Below, in pieces: positions 13,206 to 27,400 of a stretch of DNA of 64,000 bases. The notes under the pieces are model-generated. The model did no database searches and was not told where the DNA came from. It saw only the letters and a list, made by a program, of their open reading frames with translations. The DNA comes from Lama glama (Eukaryota): positions 89,158,001 to 89,222,000 of the forward strand of contig CM052816.1 of NCBI GenBank assembly GCA_028534125.1, read 5' to 3'. Position numbers and translations under genes: made by a program. Position 1 is the stretch's first letter. Every line of letters begins with the position of its first letter.

Positions 13206-13272
13206 TGCAAAGTCCCCTCTTTGCTTCTCCTAAATTAAGTTCCTTTCCACCAGTTAGGGCAAGTCAGCCAAG
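13110..13272 (+). other. Putative non-coding first exon (5'UTR) of an unidentified gene; start approximate
   Basis: Lies downstream of the CCAAT box, has no ATG between ~12900 and 13272, and ends at a near-consensus donor AAG|GTAAGG at the 3' edge of the CpG island. Confidence 0.7.
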
Positions 13273-15742
13273 GTAAGGCTTCCAGAGACGACACTTTACT
13301 ATGGAGTGACATTCATATTTTTGTGCAGTGGGGCTGCTTACCCGGTTCTGAGTCAAAACAGTATTTGGCGAAATCTTCCTCCCTGGGTTGGTTTCACAGG
13401 ATCTGCTGCGAATGGGAAAGTTGGAGCTAATGCTTCGTAAGCCTTATCGCTAGTTTTTTAAATTTCTTAACCAGGAAGGTTGCCATCGAGCCTATGGAAT
13501 GTGAGTCTGATGATCCAGCGGGGTCTCTGTTTATGTTTATCTGTGGCTGTGCTGTTCTCTGCCCTGCCCCTGAAGAAGTTGGAAGGATACTCTGCAAGGC
13601 ACATTTGAATAGTGGTGGCATGAAAATAAGCTGTCATTTATGTCTCTCCGGGAAAGTGAGGGGAAGCCTTGTCAGAATAGAAATAGGGATGTTGAAATTG
13701 AAATTTCCATAGTGCTTTTTAATTATTGCCTTTCCAGTATCCTCTAAAATTACGTGGTATCTGGGCACTGAAGCTGCGGCAGGGCAAGACTCATTTTCTC
13801 CTTTCATTCTTTTTTTTTTTCCCATGAAACGCTTCCATAAATGCTTATTAAAGCTTATGAAACTTTTTCTTCTTTTAAAGGGCACTATAAATGATGCATG
13901 AGAAGGTATTAGGCAGCCTCCTGTGATCGAAACACTTTAGTATATGCCCTTATGTTTGTTAACTCTGATTCATTTCTTAACTTCCTGAACCTGATTTGTT
14001 TGAGTTTGAAAATATTTTGTCTTAATTCTCATGTCTTAAAAACAAGGTAAAATTATGCCTTATGCATGTTTGTGTGTGTGTGTGGTGTTGTGTGTTGTGC
14101 CTATAGATGTGGAACGAGGAAAACCTGTCATATGTAACAGGTGAAAAAAATAAAATTTTATTAGCTAGTTATTAAAGTATTTGCTTACATCAATGCCTGT
14201 TGTATTTAATGAACTTTCAGATTAATTATGAGTAAATATGCCTTGCTGTTTCTTTGCTAAAAATGAAGAAATGCTAAAACGAAAATCTTAGCTAAAATTA
14301 TTATGGTCTTTGGTTTGCTCAGGTGATGGCATCACTGCTTTGAGCTGAAAGAGACAGATCAGAGAAAGATTTTATTACGCAGACAAAAAAAAACAAAAAA
14401 AAAAAACAAAAACAAAACCCTATAGGCTCTGACTATGTTTTAGAACCTTTATTTTCCACTCTGGGATCACCCACAGATTTTTCAAAGCAGGGGGCTTTCC
14501 TTATGCAGTAATTGTTTGCTTCTGTTTCAGTGGACTTGTCTTATCAGAGAAAACATCTAATTCTAAATCAGGAGTTAGAAGTCCAGACTAGATCTTGCTG
14601 GTATGTACCTTTTTGGATGTGGGAGGAGGGAGACAGGATGTGATACTAGTAGAGAATCAGTTCTATAGTCTAACATGCTGGTCCAAGGGCCAATCATCAT
14701 TTGTTTCTTTCAAGCCTCCTGTTATTTGTTAAATTCCAGACTTCCTGATAATAAATTAACCTGAGATGGGTCAACCCATTTCTTCACTTAATAAGGCATT
14801 CATGTAGTGGGCCTTGGTGGATAAGTATTTTATAACCTGTAATGCTGATGCTTTTCACAGAGATAGCTATCTTAAAGGGGGAAAAACATGAAATGATACC
14901 AATGATCATTTGATTTCCTATCCAGACAACAGTGCGAGGTGGAAAATGAGGATTTGTTATTTTAGATACAGTGGAAATGTCCAATTAAAGATAACCCAAT
15001 AGCAAGGGGGATATAATAGTAGAAAGAAGGCAAGTGACAGGAAGCTCTAGGTGTAACTCTATCCAGTGAATGTTGAATGTAATTAGCTAGAGTAATTGCA
15101 AGCCTGGTCAGTAGCAGCCGGTGCTTGATCAGTCTATACACTAAGCAAATTGTAAACTATTATTCCTTCTGCTGAGCTATTTTGGATGGATATAGTGGAA
15201 TCATGAGAATGAATGAGTCACTTGGTCCAAGTTGATACATTCTTTAGATGAAGGGTACTATATATAGTAAATATAAAATACTCTTCATTTGGCTTATATA
15301 AATGTCATCGTTATGCGTTTCATTGATTTGTGTGGTCCGTGAAATACAAACCACGTGTTCACAAGTTTGTGTGTCCCTGTCCTGTATTTGACTTGTTGAT
15401 GATCAGAAGACTGAAGTATATAAGATATTTATATAGATGGTACCTAATATAATTGTCCTTTATCATCTTAAACATACATGGACCCTACAGTAGATCTTGG
15501 ATAAAGCATATTGAACTTACTGACCTGGAAAAAATTTACTTATTTCGAATGCATGTATCTGATGCAGTTTAGTGGAGTGGAAAGTGAGAGAAAAAGACGG
15601 AGAGATTTAAGATCCTGTGTAAGATGTCTTTTTGGGTTTTTTTTATTATTATTAAGTAGAGGGCTTCAGACTCCTTACTTTGCCTAAGTACATGCCTTCC
15701 TTGTAGCTGCATTAAACACGTCTATAGGGCTATATTCTGGAT

Positions 15743-15960
15743 TAGTGCTCCTCAACCTTGGAGCTATTGAGCTTTGGGGCTGTATAATTCTGATGGTGGG
15801 AGGGCTTTCCTGTGCATTGTGGGATCCTAGCAACATCCCTCTTTTCTACCCGCTAGATGCTAGTAGCAGCACCCCCCAAATTGTGACAACCAAAATTATC
15901 TCAAGAGGTTGTTAACTTTTCTCTGGGAGGCGAAATTTACACTTTTCTTCCATTGAAACT
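15743..15960. mobile_element. MER20 (hAT-Charlie) DNA transposon
   Basis: AGTGCTCCTCAACCTTGG...CCTGTGCATTGTGGGAT...CTAGATGCTAGTAGCA...TTGTGACAACCAAAA are diagnostic MER20 blocks; about 220 bp. Confidence 0.85.
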
Positions 15961-18900
15961 GTCCATGTACAGTTTTGGGTGATCTACGATGATCCCTCTT
16001 TTCTTGCTGGGAATGGATTTCAACTTGTGTTTCACTGCATCCCTAACAGAAAACTGTGGAAGAGCTTACCAGGATTACTTTTTCTGTGAACTGAGCATGC
16101 AGGCTGTGTTATCACATGCTCACATTTGTGGGAACAGGGGGAAATAAAAACTGAGGAAAAGGAAAATACAGATATTGAGTCTGAAGACAAATTTCACTTG
16201 AATTTGTTTCTTTCTGATGAACTTTTAATATAAATAATAAATGAAAGACACGGATGTTCTTTACAATTGATTTTAATATGTTATTTGAGTATGCATATGT
16301 TTTGGGTGCAGGGATGGGGGTTGTTCACTCTAGTTCACTCTAGTAATTCTGTGTGCTAGGAGTATTTTATAATATTCAAAGGTCCAGAAGTAAAATGAAA
16401 GCATTTTGGTTTGAAAAGTGTAGTTCTTAACCGATGGTGATATATAACACAATGGAAAAAAATACCAAGCATAATGAAGACGTGACAGAACTTGGATCCT
16501 GCCACAAATTACTTGTGTCACATGTCACTTGTGTATAGGCCATTCTTCCTCCTCTTCAAAAGGGGATAAGAACGCTCATAAGAACCAAACAATACAAGTT
16601 GTTTCAATAGGTTGTAGTTTATAAAGATCTACATCAATGTTAGTAAATTATCGTAGGTTCAATGTCTTTGCTGATTTATTTGTTGAGAATTGACTCTGCA
16701 GGCTAAATCTTCCAGCTATTCTGGAGTAGTTAAAAGTCGACTTGAGAAATGGCAGTCTTAGTTCTTAAAATGTTTTTTCATGAATGAACTAGAACATCTT
16801 CATTTTGAAATAAGTGATTTATATTATGGATAAAACTCAATTTTTTCTCTTCTTTCCATCTTTCCCTATACTGTCCACATATAAAATTTGTTTAAAGATA
16901 CAGAACTGTAAAACGTAAGAATGCACCTTGAAATTCAATCTTCAATAATTACCATTAGTAACAGTTGAGTATACATTTTTAAGTGATGTTTTAAATGAGT
17001 AGATTAATATGTCTACATATAAATATGAAATTAATATAGATTTAATGTTAAAGATATATAGATATGCATGCAATTATATAGAATATGTTCAAATATAAAT
17101 ATCTAGGTAAAATAAACACAAGTTGCTGTAATACCCAACTAATATCATAGCCTATTCTCTTCCACATGATTATGTAGAGGATTCATGAGTTTAACAAGAA
17201 CACCATTATGCACAGAAATGATATTTAAATCTAATTCAATGTTAGGGATACATGTGTTTGCAGATTTCTCTTCTCATTCAGCTAGGGTAATTCCAGATTG
17301 GTTGATGTCCCTGCCATACTGAGTGTTATATATTGTAACTACTGCATATTATTGCAAAGATGTGGTACTGTTCATTTAAGTAATACCCCATTAAACATTT
17401 TTAAGTGAAGAGTAAATAGAAGGCCAACATAAATTAATTTAGTATCTCTATTATTGTTGATAGTGTTTTGACTTTTAAGTGTAGTACATGTTCCAAGAAG
17501 AGATTTCCAGGAAAATAAGTGGACATCAGGGAAATGTGGGAGCAGATGTAAGAGGAGCATTTGGTCTTGTGTATCCTGATATGCCCAGATGTTGCTTCTG
17601 TAACTATAAAAAAAATGTGCTGGTATGTAAACTTCTACACTGCTGGGCTGCATCACTTTGGGAAACTTCTTGGAAATCTGAGGAAAAATGAGCAAAATTT
17701 GATCCCTGAAAGAATTTAACTGAAATATTTGCTTTTTCAAATATTTCACTTATCTGAGCTCCCCAGGACTGTCTTATTCATTATTTTACTCACGCTGCAT
17801 AGAATATGAAAGATGAATTGCCAGTAAAGTGAATTTAGGTTTTGCAGATGCCTCCACAGGAAAGAGGAATTCAACTATCATTTCTATTTCATTTCATGTA
17901 CAGGTGATCATAAGGACCTTCAAATAGATATTTATTGTCATTATATTTAGGCCTTTACGGTCAATATATGATTTATATGTAACTGTGTACAGTCCCATGT
18001 GACTGGCAATTTTACTTGATCCAATTATTTTCAGTCTACCTGATGCCAAAAATATTTAAAATAAAAATATCTATCTAGGTTAAACTCACATTTATCAATG
18101 GGATTTAAAAGAAGACAGGATGCCATTTGAACCTATTGAATCATTATATTACAAATAAGTTTTGAAACAGTGCTGGCAAAGGTGTGATAAAACTCTTATT
18201 TATAGTTATTCCTGGTGGAAGTGAAAATTAATACAGCAGTTTTGAAAAACAATTTGCAATCCATTGCCAGAAACTGGAGAAGGCAAATTCTCTTACATGC
18301 AACTTCTGGGAATAAACCAGTAGGACATAAAGTATCCCAAAATGAAGAAACTTCTCAAGAAGATAAAATTAGTATAAGAATTTGAATCAAACTAAATAAT
18401 AAATTTTTTTGAAATTGCATGTAATATATTAAACTTGATACAAAATTTTATGTATACTCTGACTTAAAAAAGGATTTCAAGAAAATCAATTACTTGGATA
18501 ATGTATTGAGACAAAAATGTGTATCCCCTGAATTTTTCTGTATTGTTTATATTATCTACATTTTAAACACATGTAATTAGTACTTTCGAGCTGCGATGTG
18601 TGATATAATGTAATTGAGCCTGAAAGAATAAACAAAGAACTATTTTGGTTGTATGCAATTTTTCTGCTTTTGTTCAGAACCCATTTATTGGCCAATTGAT
18701 ACAATTTAACTTAGCCATAATTGAGAAAGCCTTGTGTGATTGATTGAAAAGTAAACCGGTTCCAAAAGACTGTCCAGTAGGATTTTCAGTTCTGATGATT
18801 GGAGTTCTACTTTTTGTAGATATATCATATTTTAAAAACAAAAATAAAGCCAAATTAAATATTTAGATTCTATTTTACTACATTAAATATTAAATTCATT

Positions 18901-19039
18901 TGTGGAGATTGCATGCTATTTGAGGAGAGAGACGGGAATAAGGGAAATAATATTTTATATACTTGTAGAACTTGATCATTGTTAAGTGGGGGAGAGGAAG
19001 GTGGGATGGGGAAGAAAGTTTTGAAGAGATGGGTGGTGG

Positions 19040-19960
19040 TTTGATATTTTAGCTTTAATGGCTAGTAAGCCCTCACTGGGAAGGTGACATTGAATAAAGC
19101 CTTGAAAGAAGTATGGATATGAACAATGTTGATACTGAAAAACCATATTCTAGGGAGGGAACTGCAAGAGCAAATGCCCTGGGGCAGGAGCCTGCCTGTC
19201 CTGTTAGAAGAATAGCAAGGAGGCCAGCTTATAACTAGAGTGATGTGACAGAAATGCAGCCGAGGAGAGAGACTGTTAAGAGATGATGGGAACCAGGTCA
19301 TGTGTAGATGCTATAGATGAGTGCAAGTGCTTTGGGTTTTTCGTAGGAGACTTGGGGTGGTGTTAGATATTTTTGAGCAGAGAAGTGACATGATCTGATG
19401 CCTTTGTTATATTACATGGCAAATGGGGATTAAGAGTGAAGATGGAATTAAGGTTACTAATCAGCTGTATCTGGCCACTGTGTTGGAACTAGACTCCAGG
19501 GGAGGCAGAACAGAAACAGAGAGGCCCGTTGCAGAGATATTTCAGTGATTCAGAGGCAGGGAGATGGTGACTTGCACCAGAGTGCAAGCAGTTGAGTTTG
19601 AGAGAAGAGGTTGGATTCTATATTTATCTGGAAATTCAAGCTGACAAGACTCGGTGTCGTGTGAGATAGAGGGTTGGTGGGGGGCAGTGAAGGTAAAGGA
19701 TACATTTTGTCTGCTGTATCCTGGGCACCTAGAAGGCTGGAGTTGTTTTCTCCTGAGGAGGGAAAGAATTGAGCAGAACACATTTTAACGAGGGAAGGAG
19801 GGCAGGCAGGAGATAGGAAGAGCTGAGTTTTGTCAGATTTTGGATTGAAATGTTCAACTGGCATGGAGTCAGTGAGAGACATGGTACAGTGAAGAGCCAC
19901 GAGAAATGGTAACTGGAGAGTCTTGAAAGCCAGGGAAGATGTATTTCAAGGAAAAGGCTG
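19040..19960 (-). mobile_element. L2 fragment (contains a short MLT1-like piece at ~19405-19467)
   Basis: AAGGTGACATTGAATAAAGCCTTGAA, TTTTGAGCAGAGAAGTGACATGATCTGA and GGCACCTAGAAGGCTGGAGTTG are reverse-strand L2 motifs. Confidence 0.8.
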
Positions 19961-20997
19961 TCTTGAAAAACATTTAAAATTATTGAAATGTTAACTCTCG
20001 GACACATATAGACACATATCTAACATTATCATTTGGACATTTTCATTTTAGGTATGAAAATTCATTTTCTTAATTTAAAAAAAGTTCATCTTTGAAAGAT
20101 CTTATGCATTCTAGCTGCTTACTTTTTCAAAGTTTTCTGTTTATAGTAATCATTTTACATTTAATGTGAGCCTGACACTAGAAATAACTGGAAAGTTTCT
20201 TGATGTCATAAAAGCAAATGTTGACATCAAACAAAATTATTGGTTTAATCATCTGGGGATTTTATTCATCAATATGGTTCTTATCTTCCAATGTTTTTGT
20301 TAGCTTTCCCTAAATTTTCATGTTGATGACTGCTTTTCAGATCTTACACATTTATAACAAATGAAATATATCTCATTTACTGATAACTAACACTTTTGCT
20401 TCTTGCCAACCCAAAATTATTCTAAAAATAATCATAATAAAAGAAGAATAGATATGAAAAGTTTCCTGTAGCCAATATTCCAATTAAGGGACTCTGTTTT
20501 TACTTTGCCATCCTACTGGTGATTTATGTCCTGCCTTTGTAGTGTGGGAGAAATATATTAAGAACCGACATATAAATCTACAGTTTCAGCTGCAAATATA
20601 AAGTGACTGTAATGTGGTGAAACTGATCTTTAAGCAAAAATGCAAGATGACTGTATTATTAGATTATATCCATGATGCTGACACCAAGTAAAGCATTCTT
20701 TCATCCAACTATCCCAAGACAAGAACACTCACACATGCGGGGACACACACACACACAAACACACACAAACCTTTATGACTTGATGATCACGTTCTGTTTC
20801 TTAATCTAAACAGACAGTAATCCGTTCAGTTCAATTAACTGGCACTTTATTAACCAAGCTTCATTTAGAATGTCCATAATCTCAGATAAATTAAGCGATG
20901 TTATTTCTGAAACTCATTTTTATGAGAGAAGTTGCAACAGTACTTTGAACAACTTAAAGAATGTGTGAGTGCTGTGGGTGACTACATTGAGGGCTAA

Positions 20998-21527
20998 CGT
21001 GGTGGGCAGAATAATGACCCCCAAAGGTGTCCAGGTCTTAATTCCTGGAGCCGGTGAATATGTAGTTACGTTGGCAGAAGAGGATTCGAAGCACAGATAA
21101 AATCAAGGTTGCTCATTTTGGCTCCATAAAATAAGGAGATAATCGTGGATTATCAGCAACAGGTAGGCTCAATGGATTCACAAGGGTGTTTAAAGGTGGA
21201 AGAGGTAGGCAGACAGGAGGTCAGAGTGATGACATGTGAGATGGACCCATTCTGATGTTGCTAGACTGGAATATGGAGAAAGAGGACCAAGTGCTTTGGG
21301 AAGTGTCTAGAAACTGGAAAATGCAAAGATTCTCCCCTAGAGCATCTGGAAAGGAACGCTGCCTTGCTGACACCTAATTTTAGCTCCCTTCTGGCTCATT
21401 TCAGACTTCTGACCTGACCCTTGTCAGAGTTCTGACCTACACAGCATTGTAGGATAATAACTATGCATTGTTGGAAATCACTTAAGTTTGTGGTACTTTC
21501 TTACCATAGCAATAAGAAACTAACACA
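20998..21527 (+). mobile_element. MLT1 (MaLR) solo LTR, MLT1D/E-like
   Basis: Begins GTGGTGGGCAGAATAATGACCCCCAAAG, contains GATTCTCCCCTAGAGC, ends AAGTTTGTGGTAC...GCAATAAGAAACTAACACA; about 530 bp. Confidence 0.88.
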
Positions 21528-23183
21528 GTTAGCATGAGGAGGTATATTAAGTTCTGCCTTTTATAAGTGACCCATCAGGCAAACTTTCTGAGAATAAAGA
21601 TACAGAATATTATTTAATATGTAATATTTATACCATTAAATAGAGATTATTATATTGTTCAACATTAAATTGAAGAAAGAATCATAATATCAAACCTGAA
21701 GGATGTTTTCTGAAAGGAATGTAAGCTAAAATTATCCCTCATGAAAGAAAATGTGTCCTACCTAATGTATACCATCTGGTCCCCATTAAGTGCATTGTAC
21801 TTCTATTTATATGAGTTTACTGGACTTCTGGTTCCTGTGTCCAAATATGGTTTACCAAGTGTTATTTTCTACAGCTCCTTTAGGTAGGTTATTCATTTAT
21901 GTAACAGTAGAAACACTAATGCACAAATAAAGTGAAATACAGAATGTACAGGAAAATAAGCAAAACACCCTCTCCTCTCTTTATTTTTCCAGTGTAAGAA
22001 ATGTTTATTCAAGTTTTTAGCAATGCCATTTAAAAAAGAAACAAAGTTAATTATGACAGAGCATTCTATAGCTTAGAAGTTTAAAGATATAATGTGGTCT
22101 ATTAACAAAGATGGATTTAGAATGAAATACAGAAACCTACCTTGTTTCACTGATCTAACTACTTTTTAAAAAAGTGGCTGAGATGCTGCTAACCTTCTCA
22201 AAACTGCTAAATAGGGAGAAAGTTCTTTATGCTCCCAGTTTGAAGAGCTCTTTCTCATGTTTTCAAGCATAACATTTAAAAAATGTTCACAGAAAAATAT
22301 TAAGAAAATTTTAAATATACAATAAAGAACAAATTCAAGCAAATCACCTAACAATATCTGGCTAGTTACAACTTTATTTCAGTCTTTAAAATGCCCCATG
22401 GATATTGTTTGCTCACACCTGGTTACAGAAATCTTATTTAATACATGGCTTTAACAATGGCAAATATGACTTCTTTTGGCACATGGACCAAACCAGGACA
22501 GAAGGAGAACCCAAGTGAATATTGCACACCAGTCTTGCCTAATCTGACTAGTTGGTGATGCTGGAGGCACTGGAACAAATTGTGCGTCTGAGCTTCCATA
22601 TTCTTGATCCCAGTGGCTTGATCTGACCCTGGCTGGGCGCCCAGAGGCAAGTTGTACTCCAAGTCATCTGTCTATTGTGTCACATAATTGTGACATTTAA
22701 TTTTCTTTTCATGTGTTTTGCTTTTCTGATTTATTATATTCATTCTATTCATTCCTTAAGTGGTAGTTACTCAGGATAACCAGTCAAATGATAAGAAAGA
22801 TTAATACCCTCCATTTTCCTTTCTTCAATTCCTACTCAGCTGAAATATCCAAAAATATAATTTCTTATTCATCTATCCCTTACCCTATACACCTATAAAA
22901 CACATGTGTTAACATATATGTAAACATATATGCATATAAATAAATCTATTGTAATATACACACAGATTTTGTCAACTTTTGGAAAGAATGTTATTTATTT
23001 TACTGTAAACCACATTTTTCCTAATATTAGATCATTGCAATCTGTACAGATCAATATATCACTCTGTTCCTTGTCTTCCTTTGTCTCTTATCTTGTTTCA
23101 GCTCTGTTTCTTTTTTTTTCCCTGCCACATTGCGTCTCTTTTGTCAATCTTCCTTCTTATTCTTCCTAATTTATATTTGCTCT

Positions 23184-23596
23184 TGTACTAGTTAACTCGG
23201 GCAGTCATAACAAAATTTATGAAATGTGTGGCTTAAGCAACAGGGAGAATTTATTTCTCACAGTTCTAGGGGAAATCCAAGATCAAGGCGCTAGTCCATT
23301 TAGTTTCCTGAGGAGTGCTTGCTTCTGTCTTCCTGTCTTATCAACAAATCACTTTCTTGCTGTGTTTTAAGGGGAGAGGGGGGGGAGGAGAATAGGGGAG
23401 GACGGAGGGAGAGGGAGGGAGAGCTCTCTCTCTTGGATCTCTTCTTACAAGGACATTCTTCCCATCATAAGGTCCCCACCCTCATGACCTCATTTAAACC
23501 TAATTACCTTCCAAGGACCCCAGATCGGAACACCAGGACATTATGGGTTAAGCCTTCAACATAAGAATTTTGGAGATACACAGTTCAGTCCACAGA
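23184..23596 (-). mobile_element. MLT1A-like (MaLR) solo LTR
   Basis: AATTTATTTCTCACAGTTCTAG...TCCAAGATCAAGG...CCCCACCCTCATGACCTCATTTAAACCTAATTACCT...TTCAACATAAGAATTTTGG. Confidence 0.88.
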
Positions 23597-25499
23597 AATT
23601 CCTGCCTCTGTTTCCCTATTTTCAACTGTATCATTATTACTATTACTTCTTTCCTCTGCCATTCTTGATTTTACCAATCGTTGTAATCTCCTCAGTCCCC
23701 TTCAATTCTTATATGCCTCTTTCTCCAAAGTCACCTTATGCAACTCCCGAAGAATGCATCTGAATATAAGAGCCACCTGCTTTTCTAAGAGCTCTCAGTA
23801 CTACAGGCCAAGTCCACACTCCTTCCCTGAGATGTTTCTGGTGACAGTCGTCACCTGTGTTGGTCTTTCTTCAAGGTAGTTTAAAGGTCATGAATATTGC
23901 TTGACTACTGTGCCCACTGTGCATTCTAAAAGTGCCAAAACAACAAATTTTAGAATAATACTATCTTCTAGATACTACTAGTACTAAATTAGATATTCTA
24001 AATGTGTATATATATGTGTGTGTATATATAAATATATAAGTACACACGTGGAGAGTAGCATATATGTGGAATATAGAATATATTTTTGCCAAGGATGTGT
24101 TATTTTACTCTCAACTTTTTCCTGTAATTATAGAGATTTCCAAAACCTGTGACATTTTTGCATTGTCTGTGATATCTGAAGACTGTTTTTCCTGGATTTA
24201 TTGAGGGCATTTTTAAAGTGAAATTTCAAATCATTTGTTTCAGATTTTTTAAACAGAATCTGTGGAAGTTGCATTAAGGAAAATCTACTTTGAGCCATTT
24301 TAGTACTCACTTGAGTTACAGAAGGAAACACTTGTGAAATGACAAGAATCTATAGCACATGAATGTCACTGGTTTGAAATTGTTGAGGCAAGAATCACCC
24401 TTTCAGATGAAATGCTCTCACCAACTTCAAAGGCAGCTCCTGTGTGACTCTGGAGGTACGTGACAGTTAGGAATGGCTTGTTTCTCAGAGAAAGCATCTC
24501 ACTCCATTTCCAGACCAGTGCTAAGGAGGATTTCATGTGTATGCAAAAGGTATTTTTAACACAGATTTGGTATTAGCATCCTGAAAGTGCTGACTCTTCC
24601 CAGTATAAAATTGTGGCTTTCAGAAAGAAGTAAACTAGGGCACTTAGTCAGCATCCTGGAAAGGATACCCATTCTTTTACTAAAGGAAATGCCAAATATT
24701 TAAAATGGAAAAACAACACATTAACCCAATGAAAGGGCTAGGTTGTTCTAATCAATAAATTCTACAAGAATAATTTATTCTTAACTAATGTATGTTTATT
24801 TCTCTAATTTATTAACATCGAAAAAGCATTCTTTGTGAAACTTTGATTTTCTAAGAGACATGAAATGTTTAAAATAACAACTGCTTCAAATCAGATTGTG
24901 TTTAATTGTTATTGATCTTTCTGCTTTATCTAAATACTCAGTTCAGAGTCTACCCTTCAAATGTTTATCAGTGTAGACATTTCTCCTGGAAACTCCACAG
25001 TTTACTTTTCTGCATATTAACTTTTTCATCTAATACCAGTACTTTTTCTCCAATTTATTGTGTTTCATTAAAAAATTGACAGATAAGAAGATAATTTTAT
25101 AAAATATAAAAGTAGCACATTTTGGCAAAATGCATTTCATTGGCAAAAAAAATAAATTTGGTGTAATTTTTATAGAGTAGAGAGATTTGAAATCATGAAA
25201 AATTTCAGAGAAATTATCTAATCTATACGTTGAACTCAGATTTTAATTAAATTACTGATTTATTTTGAATTATTACATAGTTTATCATTTATGATTTATT
25301 TATATGTGCATAGTTAGCCATGTTAACTGGAAGTCTGTTCTGGAGCCTCTGGAGGTTGGGCAGGTATTATTAACTGCATTTTATATGAATAAACTGAAGT
25401 CATAGAAGTTCACAAACTTGCCCAACAGAGCGCACTGGGTAGTAGCTGAATCAGTGGAGCCTGCCCTGTGCCCTTCCATCCGTCAGGTCTCTCTGCCAA

Positions 25500-26632
25500 C
25501 CAGCCTCCATTCTCCCCTTGACCCTGATCTCAGCTGATGGCCTTACTTAACATCACAGTTATAAGATGTCTAAAATCAGTGAAACTGTTACTATCTCATG
25601 TCGTCTCCACCAAGTCTGTACATGAACTGGTATCTCTATTCCAACCCGTTTTTTCTGCTCACATTGTATTGAAGGAACATCCCTGCTATGATCCACACCT
25701 TGTTCTCAGGGTTTCCTCCCCAGACCCTCCCAACTCCTCCCCTTGATTGACTACATCATAAAATCATTCCTTCCTCATGGATAATTCCCATAAATGTGTG
25801 CTCTGGTAACTTTCATCTTTAAAAAATTTTTTTTCAGGATCCCACCACCCATTTACTCTGCTCAGATAGATGGTTTCAGTCATCTCAGCAAGGGATACCA
25901 CCATTTACACAAATCAGAAAACTGAGACATGTTCATTACACCATCTTCATCCATATTCCTCACACCACTACCAAGTTCTCTGTGTTTTCCCCCTAAAATG
26001 TTTACTGCTTTCATCTCTGCTGCCACCATGCTAGTTCAAATAACCATGATCTTCTACCATGGTTTCCGCTGACCTGCTTGCATCTGCAAATGCCCTTCTC
26101 GACCAGCCAGCAGAAACTTCTTAGAAATATGAACCAGTAGATGCTGTTCTTCTCTTTCAAAACATTTCGGTGAATCTCAATTTTACATATAATAAAAGAT
26201 TCAGTTCTTGCCATGACCTCTAAAATCCTTTATGATCTCACCCAGCCTCCCTTTCCAACTCTATTTCCACCTGTAGCCACCAACCTAGACTTTCCTGCTT
26301 TCCATCCTCAAATATGCCAAGCCTTCCTCAGGGCACTTGAACTTGTTATTCTTTTGGTCTGAAATGTCCTCCCCACATATTTTTCTATCATTACCACTTT
26401 ATCTTTCATGCTTAATCTCATCCTATTGAAAATGATGCTCTCTTCCCTAAAGTAGCTCTCTGTCTTACCAACCTATTTTCTTAGGCTCTTCAATGATAAT
26501 GTTTATTAGTTTACTCATTTCTTTTTTTTTTTCTTACCCCCAACTAGAATGTAAACCCTACTTCCACCAGAATATTATTTGCTCATTCACCTTTGGATCC
26601 CCAGTGTTTAAAATATTGCCTGGCACATAGCC
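25500..26632 (+). mobile_element. L2 3' region
   Basis: CATCTCTGCTGCCACCATGCTAGTTCAA, CCTCAGGGCACTTGAACTTGTTATT and ACTAGAATGTAAA, ending TGCCTGGCACATAG. Confidence 0.8.
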
Positions 26633-26716
26633 CAAATTATATCCCAGGAAATGTAAGACAAGCATATTTATAGACTAGAACTGAAGCAAGTCAGGCTTTT
26701 AAAAAGTAATGTTTAA

Positions 26717-27400
26717 AAATTTTAATTGAAGTATAACATGCATAGGTAATATTACACAAGCTGTAAGTGTACAGATAAATAACTACCAATAATTGAACAT
26801 ACCCAGGTAACTACCATCTATATAAAATAGAATATTACCTACATTCCAAAAACCTTCTTTGTATATTTTCACAGTCCCATCCTCTTCCTCACATGTATCT
26901 TTTTTTCTGATTTCTTACAACATAAATGCATTCTGCTTGTGTTTTTTTATGAATAGAATCATACAGTACTACTCCACTGTGTTTGGCTTCTCAACAGAAT
27001 TTTGTAAAAGCCATCCATTTTTGAGTGAATCAGTCTTTTATTCATTTTATTGTTGTAGGTTATTCCATTGTATGAATGGATCACAAGTTATCCATTCTAC
27101 CATTCAAGAGCATTTGGGCTCTTTCCAGTTATTAACTATTACAAATAACACAACTATGAGTACTCTGATATTTGATCTCTGGAGAGCAGATGTGTGCCTC
27201 ATTGCCGGGTACACACTGAGGAGGAAATGCTGTTATAGGATATGCGTATGTCTAGCACTAACAAATACAGCCAAATACTCTTCCAAAATGGTTGTACTAA
27301 TTTACGCTCCCACATCATTGTATGAGAGTTGTTCTTTTTATTGTTAATCTTACTAGTTTTAGACATCCTAGCAAACACGTAGGAATTTCTCATTGTGTTC
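26717..27400 (-). mobile_element. Ancient L1M (L1ME/L1MD-like) 3' region
   Basis: TTTAATTGAAGTATAACATGCATA..., TATTCCATTGTATGAAT, TCTTTCCAGTTATTAACTATTACAAATAAC, GGTTGTACTAATTTACGCTCCCAC. Confidence 0.8.

Noticed and set aside
12875..13238. Two overlapping 111-aa ORFs (+ and -) over the CpG island
   Set aside because: Both use non-ATG starts and give low-complexity R/G/E or P/L/S peptides, as expected from GC-rich and GA-rich sequence that lacks stop codons.
13110..13272. Assigning a gene symbol to the first exon
   Set aside because: Many large genes share this layout and no coding sequence is present, so I cannot recognise it reliably.
26859..27347. 162-aa ORF
   Set aside because: It lies in antisense old L1 sequence and has no protein-like features.
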